DNA from: an uncultured Bacteroidales bacterium
Lineage (GTDB): Bacteria > Bacteroidota > Bacteroidia > Bacteroidales > Paludibacteraceae
Direction of reading: 5' to 3'
Assembly: GCA_946544705.1 (NCBI GenBank)
Contig: CAMNMN010000011.1
Span: 2,408-66,407, forward strand
Length of the DNA stretch: 64,000 bases
A model generated the notes under the pieces. That model searched no databases. It saw only the letters and a list, made by a program, of their open reading frames with translations, and was not told the DNA's origin. The translations under genes and the position numbers were made by a program. Of this stretch, positions 9,693 through 18,258 are shown in pieces (the stretch's first letter is position 1; each line of letters begins with the position of its first letter).

Positions 9693-10852
9693 TATTTCTT
9701 GATTTTAAGGGTGAAGAAGGTCAAATATGCAGCACCAATAGTCATGACGAGTACAGCACCGAGGGAGCCCATGAGATCAGACATATAACCCATACAAAGA
9801 GGGAAAATAGTTCCGCCAAAGAGACCCATGATCATCAGACCGGAGATCTCGTTCTTGTGCTCCGGATCATGGTTGAGTGCCTGTGCAAAGCAGATAGAGA
9901 AGATATTCGAGTTACCGAATCCGACAAGCGCGATACCGGTATAGAGGGCTACTTTTGAGTCGCCAACAGCCATTAGAATCATCGCAGCAATGATCATGCA
10001 TACGGAGATGGCGAAGAATACTTTCTCCGGTATGAGACGCAGGATAGCGGAACCGGAGAGGCATCCGATGGTACGGAAGATGAAATAGAGGGAGGTGGCG
10101 AAACCGGCAGCCGCCAGGTCCATACCGAGACGCTCCATGAGAATCTTCGGTGCGGTGGTATTCGTGCCCACATCAATACCGACATGGCACATGATACCGA
10201 GGAAGCAGAGGAGGATAAACGGTTTACCCAGGAGTTTAAAACAATCCACGAAGGACGAACCTTTGGCTACCGGCTCCTCATGAATGGACGTGAATGAGAG
10301 CGCGAGGATGGCGACAATACCGACAATAGCATATATCGGGAAGAGCACTTTCCATCCCAAGCCCATATGGGGTATAGCCGCCGTAGCTCCCCACATAGCG
10401 ATATACGGCGCCAGGAAAGAGGCGATGGCTTTGACGAACTGGCCGAAGGTCAGGGTTGACGAGAGGTTTCCCGTCACGATATTGGACACCAGCGGGTTGA
10501 GAGAGGTCTGCATGAGGGCGTTACCTATACCGAGGAGCGAGAACGCGCAGAGCATCATCGCATAACTCTCTCCGCAAAGCGGCAGAATCAGCGACAGAAC
10601 GGTTACGAGGATAGAAAGAAGGACGGTCTTCTTACGACCGATCTTATTCATCAGCATGCCGGTAGGCACGGAGAAAATCAGGAACCAGAAGAAGACGAGC
10701 GAAGGCATGATATTCGCCTGTGCATGCGTGAGGCCCAAGTCTTGCTGCACGTAGTTGGAAGCGATACCCACAAGGTCCACAAAGCCCATGGTGAAGAAAC
10801 AGAGCATCACCGAAAGAAGGGCGAATTTAGAAGTTTTTGGTGTATTAGACAT
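9692..10852 (-). CDS. MFS sugar transporter (FucP / glucose-galactose transporter type), probable fructose importer
   Basis: Polytopic membrane protein of 386 aa, positioned between GH32 and the fructokinase as in Bacteroides fructan loci. Confidence 0.8.
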   Translation of the reverse strand: MSNTPKTSKFALLSVMLCFFTMGFVDLVGIASNYVQQDLGLTHAQANIMPSLVFFWFLIFSVPTGMLMNKIGRKKTVLLSILVTVLSLILPLCGESYAMMLCAFSLLGIGNALMQTSLNPLVSNIVTGNLSSTLTFGQFVKAIASFLAPYIAMWGATAAIPHMGLGWKVLFPIYAIVGIVAILALSFTSIHEEPVAKGSSFVDCFKLLGKPFILLCFLGIMCHVGIDVGTNTTAPKILMERLGMDLAAAGFATSLYFIFRTIGCLSGSAILRLIPEKVFFAISVCMIIAAMILMAVGDSKVALYTGIALVGFGNSNIFSICFAQALNHDPEHKNEISGLMIMGLFGGTIFPLCMGYMSDLMGSLGAVLVMTIGAAYLTFFTLKIKK

Positions 10853-10885
10853 ATTATAACGAATTAACGATTAACGAATGAATGT
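10853..10885. repeat. AT-rich word array spacer
   Basis: attataacgaattaacgattaacgaatgaatgt fills the whole GH32/MFS intergenic gap. Confidence 0.6.
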
Positions 10886-12343
10886 TTAACGGATATTATA
10901 TATCTTCGCTTCGCCACCTTGAACATCCAGATGGTTATATGGTTCAGAGGGGAATACGAGGTTGGTCATCGCCCAAGCGCCTTCGGCATCAAACGCCTCG
11001 ATCGAGCAATGGTCGATAAAGAGAAGGACATGGTACGTATCGCGTTTGACGAAGAGCGGAGCGACCGTGCGTGCTGCAAAATCATGTGAGAAAGAGCAAT
11101 CGCCCGAAGCAGTACGATCCATGGAGAACGTGCGGCGGTGCACATCCAGGTTCATGACCACTTTCTCCCCTTTGTCGTTGGAGAGAGTGATGAGTGCATC
11201 CTGTTTGCCGTCCAACTCCAACTCAACGATACCGGCATCCGGCAGGTAGCGGGTCTCTTCTCCACGAAGCGCCAGAGACTCCGGAGAAGGTACAGAACCC
11301 AGATGATACTCGCCTTCGTCATCCGTAAAGAGGAAGAGATCGCGGGCGATAGTATTCTGCGAACGGAAAGCAACGGTAGGAACGACTTCTGCGTACTGCC
11401 AGTTAGACATCCATCCCATGGCTACCAAACGGCCATCAGGGGAGTTATGGAAAGTGAAAGTGGAGTAATTGTCCTTGCCGTAGTCGAGCCAAAGGGAAGC
11501 CCCTTCCCTACCTTCCCCTTGAGGGGCAGGAGTAAAGACTTTTCCGTCCCAATCGCCTATGAAATACTGGGTAGCAGAGCCACCGAACGGTCCACCGGGG
11601 TTGATGGAAACCAACAAAACATATTTATCCTCGGTCATTGTGCATTGTGAATTGTGCATTGTGAATTTCAACAACTCGGGACACTCCCAGACACCGCCGT
11701 GTGCACCGAGATCTTTTCCAAAGGACGAGAGATAAGTCCACTCCTTGAGGTTCGACGAGCCATAGAAACGGATCTCCTGCTGGCATGCAAGTGCCATCGT
11801 CCATTGGTTCGATTGCTCATCCCAGAACACTTTCGGATCCCGGAAGTCTGCGATGTCGCCCATGAGTACGGGGTTGCCTTCGTACTTGGTGAAGGTATAA
11901 CCACCGTCGGTGCTATACGCGATAGACTGATGTTGCCCGATACGCTCGGACTGGGTGAAGATAGCTACGATAGCGTTCTCTCCAAAGCCGGCGGTGTTGT
12001 TTTTGTCAATGACTGCCGAACCGGAGAAGATCGTTCCGATAGAATCCGGATATAGTACAATGGGGTGTTCCTCCCAAGTGAGGAGGTCGGTTGAAGTGAC
12101 ATGTCCCCAGTGCATCGGGCCCCAGGTACACCCGAAGGGATTGTGCTGGTAGTAGAGGTGCCATACGCCGTTCGCCTCGTCGTAGAACATACCATTCGGG
12201 TCATTCATCCAGTTCGCCTCAGGCGTATGGTGATAGACCGACCGGAAAGGCTCGTCGGTAGGATGAGAAACCGGAGTTCTATCGGTACATCCGGCAACAA
12301 AAAGAAGCATGATAGCGCAAAACGCAAGAGAAAGATGTCTCAT
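10886..12343 (-). CDS. GH32 beta-fructofuranosidase / exo-fructanase, lipoprotein
   Basis: WMNDPNGMFY, FRDPKVFW and WECPEL (the three GH32 signature blocks). I start at MRHLSLAFCAIMLLFVAGC (ATG 12343), not the track's 12466. Confidence 0.9.
   Translation of the reverse strand: MRHLSLAFCAIMLLFVAGCTDRTPVSHPTDEPFRSVYHHTPEANWMNDPNGMFYDEANGVWHLYYQHNPFGCTWGPMHWGHVTSTDLLTWEEHPIVLYPDSIGTIFSGSAVIDKNNTAGFGENAIVAIFTQSERIGQHQSIAYSTDGGYTFTKYEGNPVLMGDIADFRDPKVFWDEQSNQWTMALACQQEIRFYGSSNLKEWTYLSSFGKDLGAHGGVWECPELLKFTMHNSQCTMTEDKYVLLVSINPGGPFGGSATQYFIGDWDGKVFTPAPQGEGREGASLWLDYGKDNYSTFTFHNSPDGRLVAMGWMSNWQYAEVVPTVAFRSQNTIARDLFLFTDDEGEYHLGSVPSPESLALRGEETRYLPDAGIVELELDGKQDALITLSNDKGEKVVMNLDVHRRTFSMDRTASGDCSFSHDFAARTVAPLFVKRDTYHVLLFIDHCSIEAFDAEGAWAMTNLVFPSEPYNHLDVQGGEAKIYNIR
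11494..11533 (-). repeat. Degenerate G-rich hairpin-type element, in frame in GH32 (encodes PQGEGREGAS)
   Basis: Coding strand reads gCCCCTcaAGGGGaaggtagggaaggggcttccc. It shares the CCCCT/AGGGG palindrome and GGTAGG core with the 7097, 8661 and 32498 copies. Confidence 0.4.
11636..11667. repeat. Tandem heptamer array CATTGTG x4, in frame inside GH32
   Basis: cattgtg cattgtg aattgtg cattgtg aatt, encoding (minus strand) KFTMHNSQCTM right after the WECPEL catalytic block. Confidence 0.8.
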
Positions 12344-12369
12344 TGTATTAAGATTTTGTAATTCGAGTG

Positions 12370-12377
12370 CAAAGATA
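12370..12377 (-). promoter_or_regulatory. -7 promoter box TATCTTTG for the GH32-MFS-fructokinase unit
   Basis: Plus-strand caaagata. 26 nt upstream of the ATG at 12343. Confidence 0.6.
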
Positions 12378-12408
12378 CACATTTTCATGCAAACAGGCAA
12401 ATAGAATT

Positions 12409-12465
12409 GTTGCAAAAAATAGCACGAATGTTGTAGCGCAACATATATTCCATTTTTTTGCAACA
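12409..12465 (-). promoter_or_regulatory. Candidate operator: three TTGCAA/GCAAC boxes upstream of the GH32 promoter
   Basis: gttgcaa-N22-gcaac-N17-gcaaca. The outer boxes form the inverted repeat TTGCAAAAAA/TTTTTTGCAA. The layout matches 21481-21536. Confidence 0.5.
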
Positions 12466-12511
12466 AAATGGTCAGTACAGGCGGTAATCATCCGCCTATA
12501 CCGAATAAGGA

Positions 12512-13366
12512 TTAAAGTTTAGCACCAAGCGCGTTGTATTTGACGCCGTTTTTGAGGATGACGAGTTGTCCGTTCTCAAAGAACTTAACAGCCTTGTTCT
12601 CTACAGCAGTGTTGCTGATAGCAGTTGGGAAATCGCCAACAAGCACGATGTCGGTTACGTTGAAAGCAGCACCTGCCTCTTTGTTGAACTGGATCATCCA
12701 GTGACCTGCGTTCGCCAAACGGTTACGGAGGTCATCGTTCAGCGGGAGCTCCATGTAGCCCTCACCTGCGGTCATGGCGTTTTGGTCAGCGATCTGGCCT
12801 TCCGGATCCCAGTTCTCTTTGATATTGATCACAAAATCCGAGCGGTTGGCCTCCGAATAGATACGCAGAGCAGTAGCCAGAGAGAAATCAACACCGGCGT
12901 ATCCGTTGTAATAGAGTTCGAGTGTGCTCCAATCATCAGCCCAGAAGAAACCGGTCCACACGGTAAAACCCTCTTTGAGCGCGTCCTTGCCGCTCTCCAA
13001 TGCCACTTGTGTGCAGTTGAAGTTGGCACCTATGATTTCCAGACCATAGGCCTTGAGACTATCGACAGCGGAGGAAGTAAGGAACTGCTCGAAAGAGCCG
13101 TCACCATTGATCCAAGCTGCCTCCCGACTACCTGCCAGGTGGTCGAAGTTAGCATTCATTACCTTGAACTCAATACCGTCGGAAGCGCCATTGAAATTGA
13201 CAATGATCTTCTGTCCGGGCTGTGCTTCTGCAAAGGACGCTGCAGGAATTTGAATACCGCCATCCGCCCAGGATACGTGCTTCGATCCTGTCCAAAGATC
13301 GTCTGCTTGGACATTCAATACGAGCGCTGCGAAGAGCGCAACAAGAGAAATTTTCTTCATAATCAA
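12512..13366 (-). CDS. Secreted two-module CBM-like protein of unknown function within the fructan locus; carries the shared C-terminal tail
   Basis: Signal peptide MIMKKISLVALFAALVLNVQA. Two internally similar segments (LWTGSKHVSWADGG.. and VWTGFFWADDW..). Ends KFFENGQLVILKNGVKYNALGAKL. Confidence 0.6.
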   Translation of the reverse strand: MIMKKISLVALFAALVLNVQADDLWTGSKHVSWADGGIQIPAASFAEAQPGQKIIVNFNGASDGIEFKVMNANFDHLAGSREAAWINGDGSFEQFLTSSAVDSLKAYGLEIIGANFNCTQVALESGKDALKEGFTVWTGFFWADDWSTLELYYNGYAGVDFSLATALRIYSEANRSDFVINIKENWDPEGQIADQNAMTAGEGYMELPLNDDLRNRLANAGHWMIQFNKEAGAAFNVTDIVLVGDFPTAISNTAVENKAVKFFENGQLVILKNGVKYNALGAKL

Positions 13367-13380
13367 TAAATTTTAAAGGA

Positions 13381-15003
13381 TTAATATTGTTTAACTTGGA
13401 TATCTTTGACGGTCATGGCGCCCTCGTAGCAGTTGACAGACCAGCAGTTGCGCTGGATGCCGTAGATGCGCTGGGTATAAGTGAGCACGTCGTTGATATA
13501 CATTACAAGCACGGAGTTGTCGGTATAGATGTTGATATTATACGTTCTGTCCGCAGGAATTGGGAAAGGATAGCTGCCGCCACCTTTGAGTTCCCATTTG
13601 CCCTGCTCCTCTTCGAAACGGATATAGTTATTATTGCCGTCTGGGCAGACCATGATGCTGTAGTATTTCTCGTAGGTCTTGTCGCCGTCTTTGCGGTCGC
13701 CGCGTACGAAAGAGATGCCGAAACGGTCGGTTTTGTCGGCGGTGGTGACGGTCATGGATATATGGTTGTGGTAGCCGAGGGTGTTGAACATGACGGAGCT
13801 ATAAGCCTTCATGGAGTAAACCCCGTCCGCAATGGTGAGATTACCCTCTTCCTCCCCCCATTTCTTCACGGGTTTGAGAGTAGCCGTTAGGTTGTATTTG
13901 GTACGGATAGCAGGCACTTCGGCGGTATAGAGCGTACCGTCCTCGCGCTGCATGAGCCGATGCACAACCATGGTACCTCCCCACTTAGGCTCGGCATCCG
14001 GACTGATATCAGTATTGTCCTTACCGCGACGCTCGGGACACCAACCCCATATATAGCGGTCGGTACCGTCGGAGGCAGTATTGCCGGCATAGAAAGCACG
14101 ACCGTCCAATGCGCCCTCTTTGCTGTCCGGCCAATGGGGAGCAGTAGCGGATTTGAGTTCGCTGATCGTACGCCCTTTGAGATAGTGGACACGGCGCTCG
14201 AAGGCACTCATATCGCTGTAGGTCAGATACCACCAGTCACCCATTTTGAACACATTGGGACACTCCAAGAAACGATCCCACACCATTTTGGAGAAGACAC
14301 CTTTGTGTTCCCAGGTCTGCAGGTCGGTGGAGAAGAACTCTGCGAAGCAACCATCTTTGTCTTCGGCACGCGAACCCGCAGGCATTGGTTTGGTAGCGAC
14401 AATCATATGATAGCCGTCCTCCATTTTCCAAATAAACGGATCGCGGAAATTGAGCGTGCTATAGCCGTAGTCCCCTCCGCGCAGACGGAAGAGCGGATCT
14501 TTGGTCCAAGTCTTGAAATCCGGGCTGGTGGCACGCATGACGACCTGTCTGTCCTCGTCGGCGGCGGGTTTGTACCGCTCACCGGTGTAATAGATATAGT
14601 ACAGTTTCTGCGCTTCGTCATAGACGACACATCCGGTACCGAGCGCCGCGTCCTGTTCGCCTGCGCGTCCGGTCGGCAGCACTTCGCCCATCGGAGTGTA
14701 GGTGGCGCAGTCAGTGGTACGAATACCCCACAAGGGGTGGAAGGTCTCCTCCAGGTTCTGCTCGAAATTATGGAGATAGAGGATCTTGTACTCCTTCTCC
14801 ACCGGGTCGTAGAACGGCAGCGGGTCGCCTACCGATCCGGCAGAAGGGATATAATAGGTGTTAGTGCCCGGCTCATCCGTTGCGTTGAAATAGGCGGTGA
14901 TGTTCTCCCAGTCCTTTTGCTCCTGCGGAATATTCTCCTGACAGGAAGTCAGCAAGGTACAAAGGGACAAAGTACCAAGTACTATTTTATTTAGTGTTTT
15001 CAT
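13381..15003 (-). CDS. GH32-family glycoside hydrolase (divergent; candidate endo-fructanase), lipoprotein
   Basis: FRDPFIW (RDP block) and ECPNVF (EC block). The first block is SVGDPLPFYD rather than WMNDPNG. Lipoprotein signal LGTLSLCTLLTSC. Confidence 0.75.
   Translation of the reverse strand: MKTLNKIVLGTLSLCTLLTSCQENIPQEQKDWENITAYFNATDEPGTNTYYIPSAGSVGDPLPFYDPVEKEYKILYLHNFEQNLEETFHPLWGIRTTDCATYTPMGEVLPTGRAGEQDAALGTGCVVYDEAQKLYYIYYTGERYKPAADEDRQVVMRATSPDFKTWTKDPLFRLRGGDYGYSTLNFRDPFIWKMEDGYHMIVATKPMPAGSRAEDKDGCFAEFFSTDLQTWEHKGVFSKMVWDRFLECPNVFKMGDWWYLTYSDMSAFERRVHYLKGRTISELKSATAPHWPDSKEGALDGRAFYAGNTASDGTDRYIWGWCPERRGKDNTDISPDAEPKWGGTMVVHRLMQREDGTLYTAEVPAIRTKYNLTATLKPVKKWGEEEGNLTIADGVYSMKAYSSVMFNTLGYHNHISMTVTTADKTDRFGISFVRGDRKDGDKTYEKYYSIMVCPDGNNNYIRFEEEQGKWELKGGGSYPFPIPADRTYNINIYTDNSVLVMYINDVLTYTQRIYGIQRNCWSVNCYEGAMTVKDIQVKQY
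14953..14982 (+). repeat. GTAC-word array whose reverse complement encodes the lipoprotein signal peptide of the GH32 gene
   Basis: caaggtacaaagggacaaagtaccaagtac. The minus-strand translation is VLGTLSLCTL. Confidence 0.8.
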
Positions 15004-15009
15004 AAGACA

Positions 15010-16407
15010 TTATTGTTTCAGATAGTTAAACGCATTTTCGGTTATCTTGGCGATATTCTCGTGATAGTACGAGGTGTACTCGCTGGGGTCAGCGGCGGTG
15101 TACCAGTCGTAACATCCGGACCCGATACAGATGATAGCACCGTGTTCAGCAGTCTTGCGGAACTCCCAAGCCACTACAGCGTCGGGTCCTCCGGCGATGT
15201 CGTAAGCGCCGGTCTTCTCATGGAAGACGTCGCGATCCGCGTAGCCACCCCAGTCAGAACCGATATGGTATTGTGCGGTGGAGTTGGTGATCTTGTACCC
15301 TTCGTCACAAGTATAGACGTGATCCAATGCCGAGGGGTTCATCGTCAGGTTCTGCCACAGGGCATGGTCGGTATGACCGGTGATAGCGAACTCCCACGGA
15401 CCGCCAACGCGCTCTGCTTCGGACTCCTTGCCGCCCCATGCATTATTCGGGAAGCACTCGGCTTCGCCTAAATAGTACGGCAGGTTCACCGCATAACGGG
15501 TCAGCAGGAACGATCCACCGGCATGGTAGAACTCTTTGAGTTTGTCGAGCACGGTATAATCGACTGCTTCGGGAGCGTTAGCCTCGAAAGCACCCTTGCC
15601 TTCCAGACCTCCGTCCTTATGGAAATGCCACCAGATTACCTTACAATCCGTCATCACCACCCTTCCGGCAGCCAGATCAGCGAAGGAAGCATAGTCTGAG
15701 TTCTCCACATTGGCAAGCATCCAGTTAACCGCCTCTTGCTCCTCGGGGTTGAGTTGCGCAGCCGTCTGAGCCAGACCGAGATAGAGCACAACCGGATTAC
15801 CTTTTTCCCGGACGGTTACCTTGTAGGTAGTAGAAGCAGTGTTGTAAGTCACGGTGAAGTCCACCGGATTGGTGAAATCACAAGGCAGCCCGGAGCGCGG
15901 CGATACGATTGCGCCGTCGGTGGTCTTGATATTTGGGATCATGGTCTTGAGATCCGTTCCGATAGGTACAGAGACGGTGATGGTATGGGCCACTTGGTCG
16001 ATGATACCCACGTAGAGTTCATTAAGCATGAAAGAGAGGATACGCGCCTCGTCGTGTTTAACACGCACTTTGTAATCACGATAGACATTGCCGTTCTCCA
16101 CATGAATCACTATCGGTGAGGTCATATTCACCTGAGCGCCTTGAGCGGGCGTAGCCTTTGCTCCCGCAGAGAGACGGAGCGTAGTGAGGGTCATCAGATG
16201 GTCGTCGTGTACTTCAGGGACAGCTACTGTGACCGTAGCCGACGCATGATCCACTACACCCGGATAAATCTCATTGAGAACCAACGAATCTATGCGGCAG
16301 TCACCATCAACATTGAACGGGTTGTCCTGTTTCTGGCAGGAGAGGGACAAGGCGCAAAAGGCCAAAACCCCTACCCAACCTAAGATATTGTTATGTAGCT
16401 TTTTCAT
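15010..16407 (-). CDS. PUL-encoded surface lipoprotein, probable surface glycan-binding protein (SGBP position)
   Basis: Lipoprotein signal VLAFCALSLSC. Two tandem Ig-like repeats (IDSLVLNEIYPGVVDHASATVTVAVP and ILSFMLNELYVGIIDQVAHTITVSVP). Sits directly downstream of SusD. Confidence 0.65.
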   Translation of the reverse strand: MKKLHNNILGWVGVLAFCALSLSCQKQDNPFNVDGDCRIDSLVLNEIYPGVVDHASATVTVAVPEVHDDHLMTLTTLRLSAGAKATPAQGAQVNMTSPIVIHVENGNVYRDYKVRVKHDEARILSFMLNELYVGIIDQVAHTITVSVPIGTDLKTMIPNIKTTDGAIVSPRSGLPCDFTNPVDFTVTYNTASTTYKVTVREKGNPVVLYLGLAQTAAQLNPEEQEAVNWMLANVENSDYASFADLAAGRVVMTDCKVIWWHFHKDGGLEGKGAFEANAPEAVDYTVLDKLKEFYHAGGSFLLTRYAVNLPYYLGEAECFPNNAWGGKESEAERVGGPWEFAITGHTDHALWQNLTMNPSALDHVYTCDEGYKITNSTAQYHIGSDWGGYADRDVFHEKTGAYDIAGGPDAVVAWEFRKTAEHGAIICIGSGCYDWYTAADPSEYTSYYHENIAKITENAFNYLKQ

Positions 16408-16463
16408 AATGATTATTTTTTCGATATTTCAATATTCCGAAAAGTCGGGATTTTCAAATACAA

Positions 16464-18212
16464 TTACCATCCTCCTATGTTTTGTTTATAATGGCCGTTG
16501 GAGGCGGATACCTGCTCGTGAGGGATAGGCAGATACTCGTTTTTATTGGCGGTGAAAGAAGCAGAGGTATAGATACGGCAGTCGTTTGCTTCCTCTACGT
16601 AATACTTGTTGATCACCTGCGCCGCTTCGCCCCAACGTACGAGGTCGAAGAAACGCTCGCTCTCCATCGCCAGTTCCAGACGACGCTCCATTTTGACTTT
16701 GGCAAGTGCATTCGAATAGTCGGTATAGGGTTTGACGCGGATCTTGGCGCCGTAGTTGGTGTCGTATCCGGCGAGCATGCCTATACTGCGCGATGCACGG
16801 TTACGGAGCTGGTTAACCAGTTCGATTGCCTCTGCGTCGCGTCCCAGCTGTGCCATGGCTTCCGCACGCATCAACAGCACGTCGGCATAGCGGACGACGA
16901 TACGGTTCATCGGAGTGCCGAACCACAGGGCGGAACGGATCAGATAGCCGCTCTCCGGGTCCACGTTGTGTTTGAGGGTCACGTGGTATCCGTACAGACC
17001 GTTGGAACGGCTCCAGTTATGGGTACGGCTCATGATGAGGTTCGGGTTGAACTCATAGGGGAATCCGGCGATACCTACCGTCAGCCACAAACGCGGGTCG
17101 GCATTGTCGGTAGAAGCATCGAAATCTTTGTCATTGAAATTGTCGATGAACGGCAGTCCTTCGGCATTGGTACGGAAAGCGTTTACGAGGTTCTGGCTCG
17201 GCTTGTAGAAATCGCAACCTCCGTCCGTTACCCCTTCGATACCCGGTACCATCAGACCGTACGACCAGTTGCAGTTACCTAAGTTGGTACCGTCGTTGGT
17301 GGAGTATTGGAGCGCCCAAAGGCTCTCTTTGCCGTTCTCATACTGCGGCTCGGGACGGAAGTTATTATGGAAATCATCCTCCAGACCATATCCGCCGGCG
17401 GTGTAGATACCTTCCTCGGTGTATTGGAGCACTTTCGCCAGGTCGTCACGGTTGATCTCGGTCACCTGATGGGAAGCGGGATCGTCCTGACGGTACGCTT
17501 TGTACAGATACACTTTCGCCAGCAAAGCGGCGGCTGAGGCTTGTGTCGGACGGCCTTTGTCCGCCTGCATCGCGGGCAGCACGCTGTACGCATACTCCAG
17601 GTCATTGGCGATCAGTTGCCATCCCTCGTCGTTGGAGTACTGGGTGTTGCTCAGTTCGTTATAGTCCGCCTGCTTCATCAGCGGGTCCATGACAAAGGGG
17701 ATATTCTTGTACAACCGTTTGAGCAGGAAATGTCCATAGGCACGCAGGAACTTCATCTCGCCCAGTCTCTGCGCTTTGAGCTTATAACTATTATCCATAG
17801 CGTCCAACGCAGCGATGGCGGCGTTCACACGGCTCAGGCAGTTATACAGACGCACCCACATGTCGTTGATATTCCAGTTGGTCGTCAATATACCCTGGCT
17901 CACCTCTAACTGGTGAAAGACATCACCGTCGTTCTCCGAGATACCGCCTTTGTAAGCATCGTCGGAGCGGACATCAAAGTTCCACATCGAGAAAGACGAG
18001 TTGATATCCTCCGCAGAGATAAAGATAGCATATGCGGAAATACAGATATTATCGATATACAACGGGTCATTTACCTGATCCTCGCTCAGCGTTGCCTGCG
18101 GTACATCCTGGTTAAGAAAACTGTCGCAGCTGCTCAAGAGCAAGGAGCAAGGAATAAGGAATAAGGACAAATATGCCTTAATAATATTCTTCGTTTTCAT
18201 GTTGCTTTTCAT
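16464..18212 (-). CDS. SusD/RagB-family nutrient-binding outer-membrane lipoprotein
   Basis: Lipoprotein signal LLLSSC. 582 aa, with a typical SusD-like TPR-rich core (LRAYGHFLLKRLY, RRLELAMESERFFDLVRWG). Follows SusC. Confidence 0.9.
   Translation of the reverse strand: MKSNMKTKNIIKAYLSLFLIPCSLLLSSCDSFLNQDVPQATLSEDQVNDPLYIDNICISAYAIFISAEDINSSFSMWNFDVRSDDAYKGGISENDGDVFHQLEVSQGILTTNWNINDMWVRLYNCLSRVNAAIAALDAMDNSYKLKAQRLGEMKFLRAYGHFLLKRLYKNIPFVMDPLMKQADYNELSNTQYSNDEGWQLIANDLEYAYSVLPAMQADKGRPTQASAAALLAKVYLYKAYRQDDPASHQVTEINRDDLAKVLQYTEEGIYTAGGYGLEDDFHNNFRPEPQYENGKESLWALQYSTNDGTNLGNCNWSYGLMVPGIEGVTDGGCDFYKPSQNLVNAFRTNAEGLPFIDNFNDKDFDASTDNADPRLWLTVGIAGFPYEFNPNLIMSRTHNWSRSNGLYGYHVTLKHNVDPESGYLIRSALWFGTPMNRIVVRYADVLLMRAEAMAQLGRDAEAIELVNQLRNRASRSIGMLAGYDTNYGAKIRVKPYTDYSNALAKVKMERRLELAMESERFFDLVRWGEAAQVINKYYVEEANDCRIYTSASFTANKNEYLPIPHEQVSASNGHYKQNIGGW
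18135..18168 (+). repeat. AAGGA-word array whose reverse complement encodes the SusD signal peptide
   Basis: caagagcaaggagcaaggaataaggaataaggac. The minus-strand translation is SLFLIPCSLLL. Confidence 0.65.
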
Positions 18213-18258
18213 TTTTAGTCTTTTATCTTGATTCTTTTAGCGAAGCGATCATTGCTCC

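Noticed and set aside
10886-12466. N-terminal extensions offered by the ORF track (also 18259-21480, 35062-37914, 38553-38921, 41386-42081, 46071-47012)
   Set aside because: In each case an internal ATG begins a canonical signal peptide or the conserved protein N-terminus (for example MKGIILAGGSATR for RmlA). The extension would run through the promoter box or an upstream gene.
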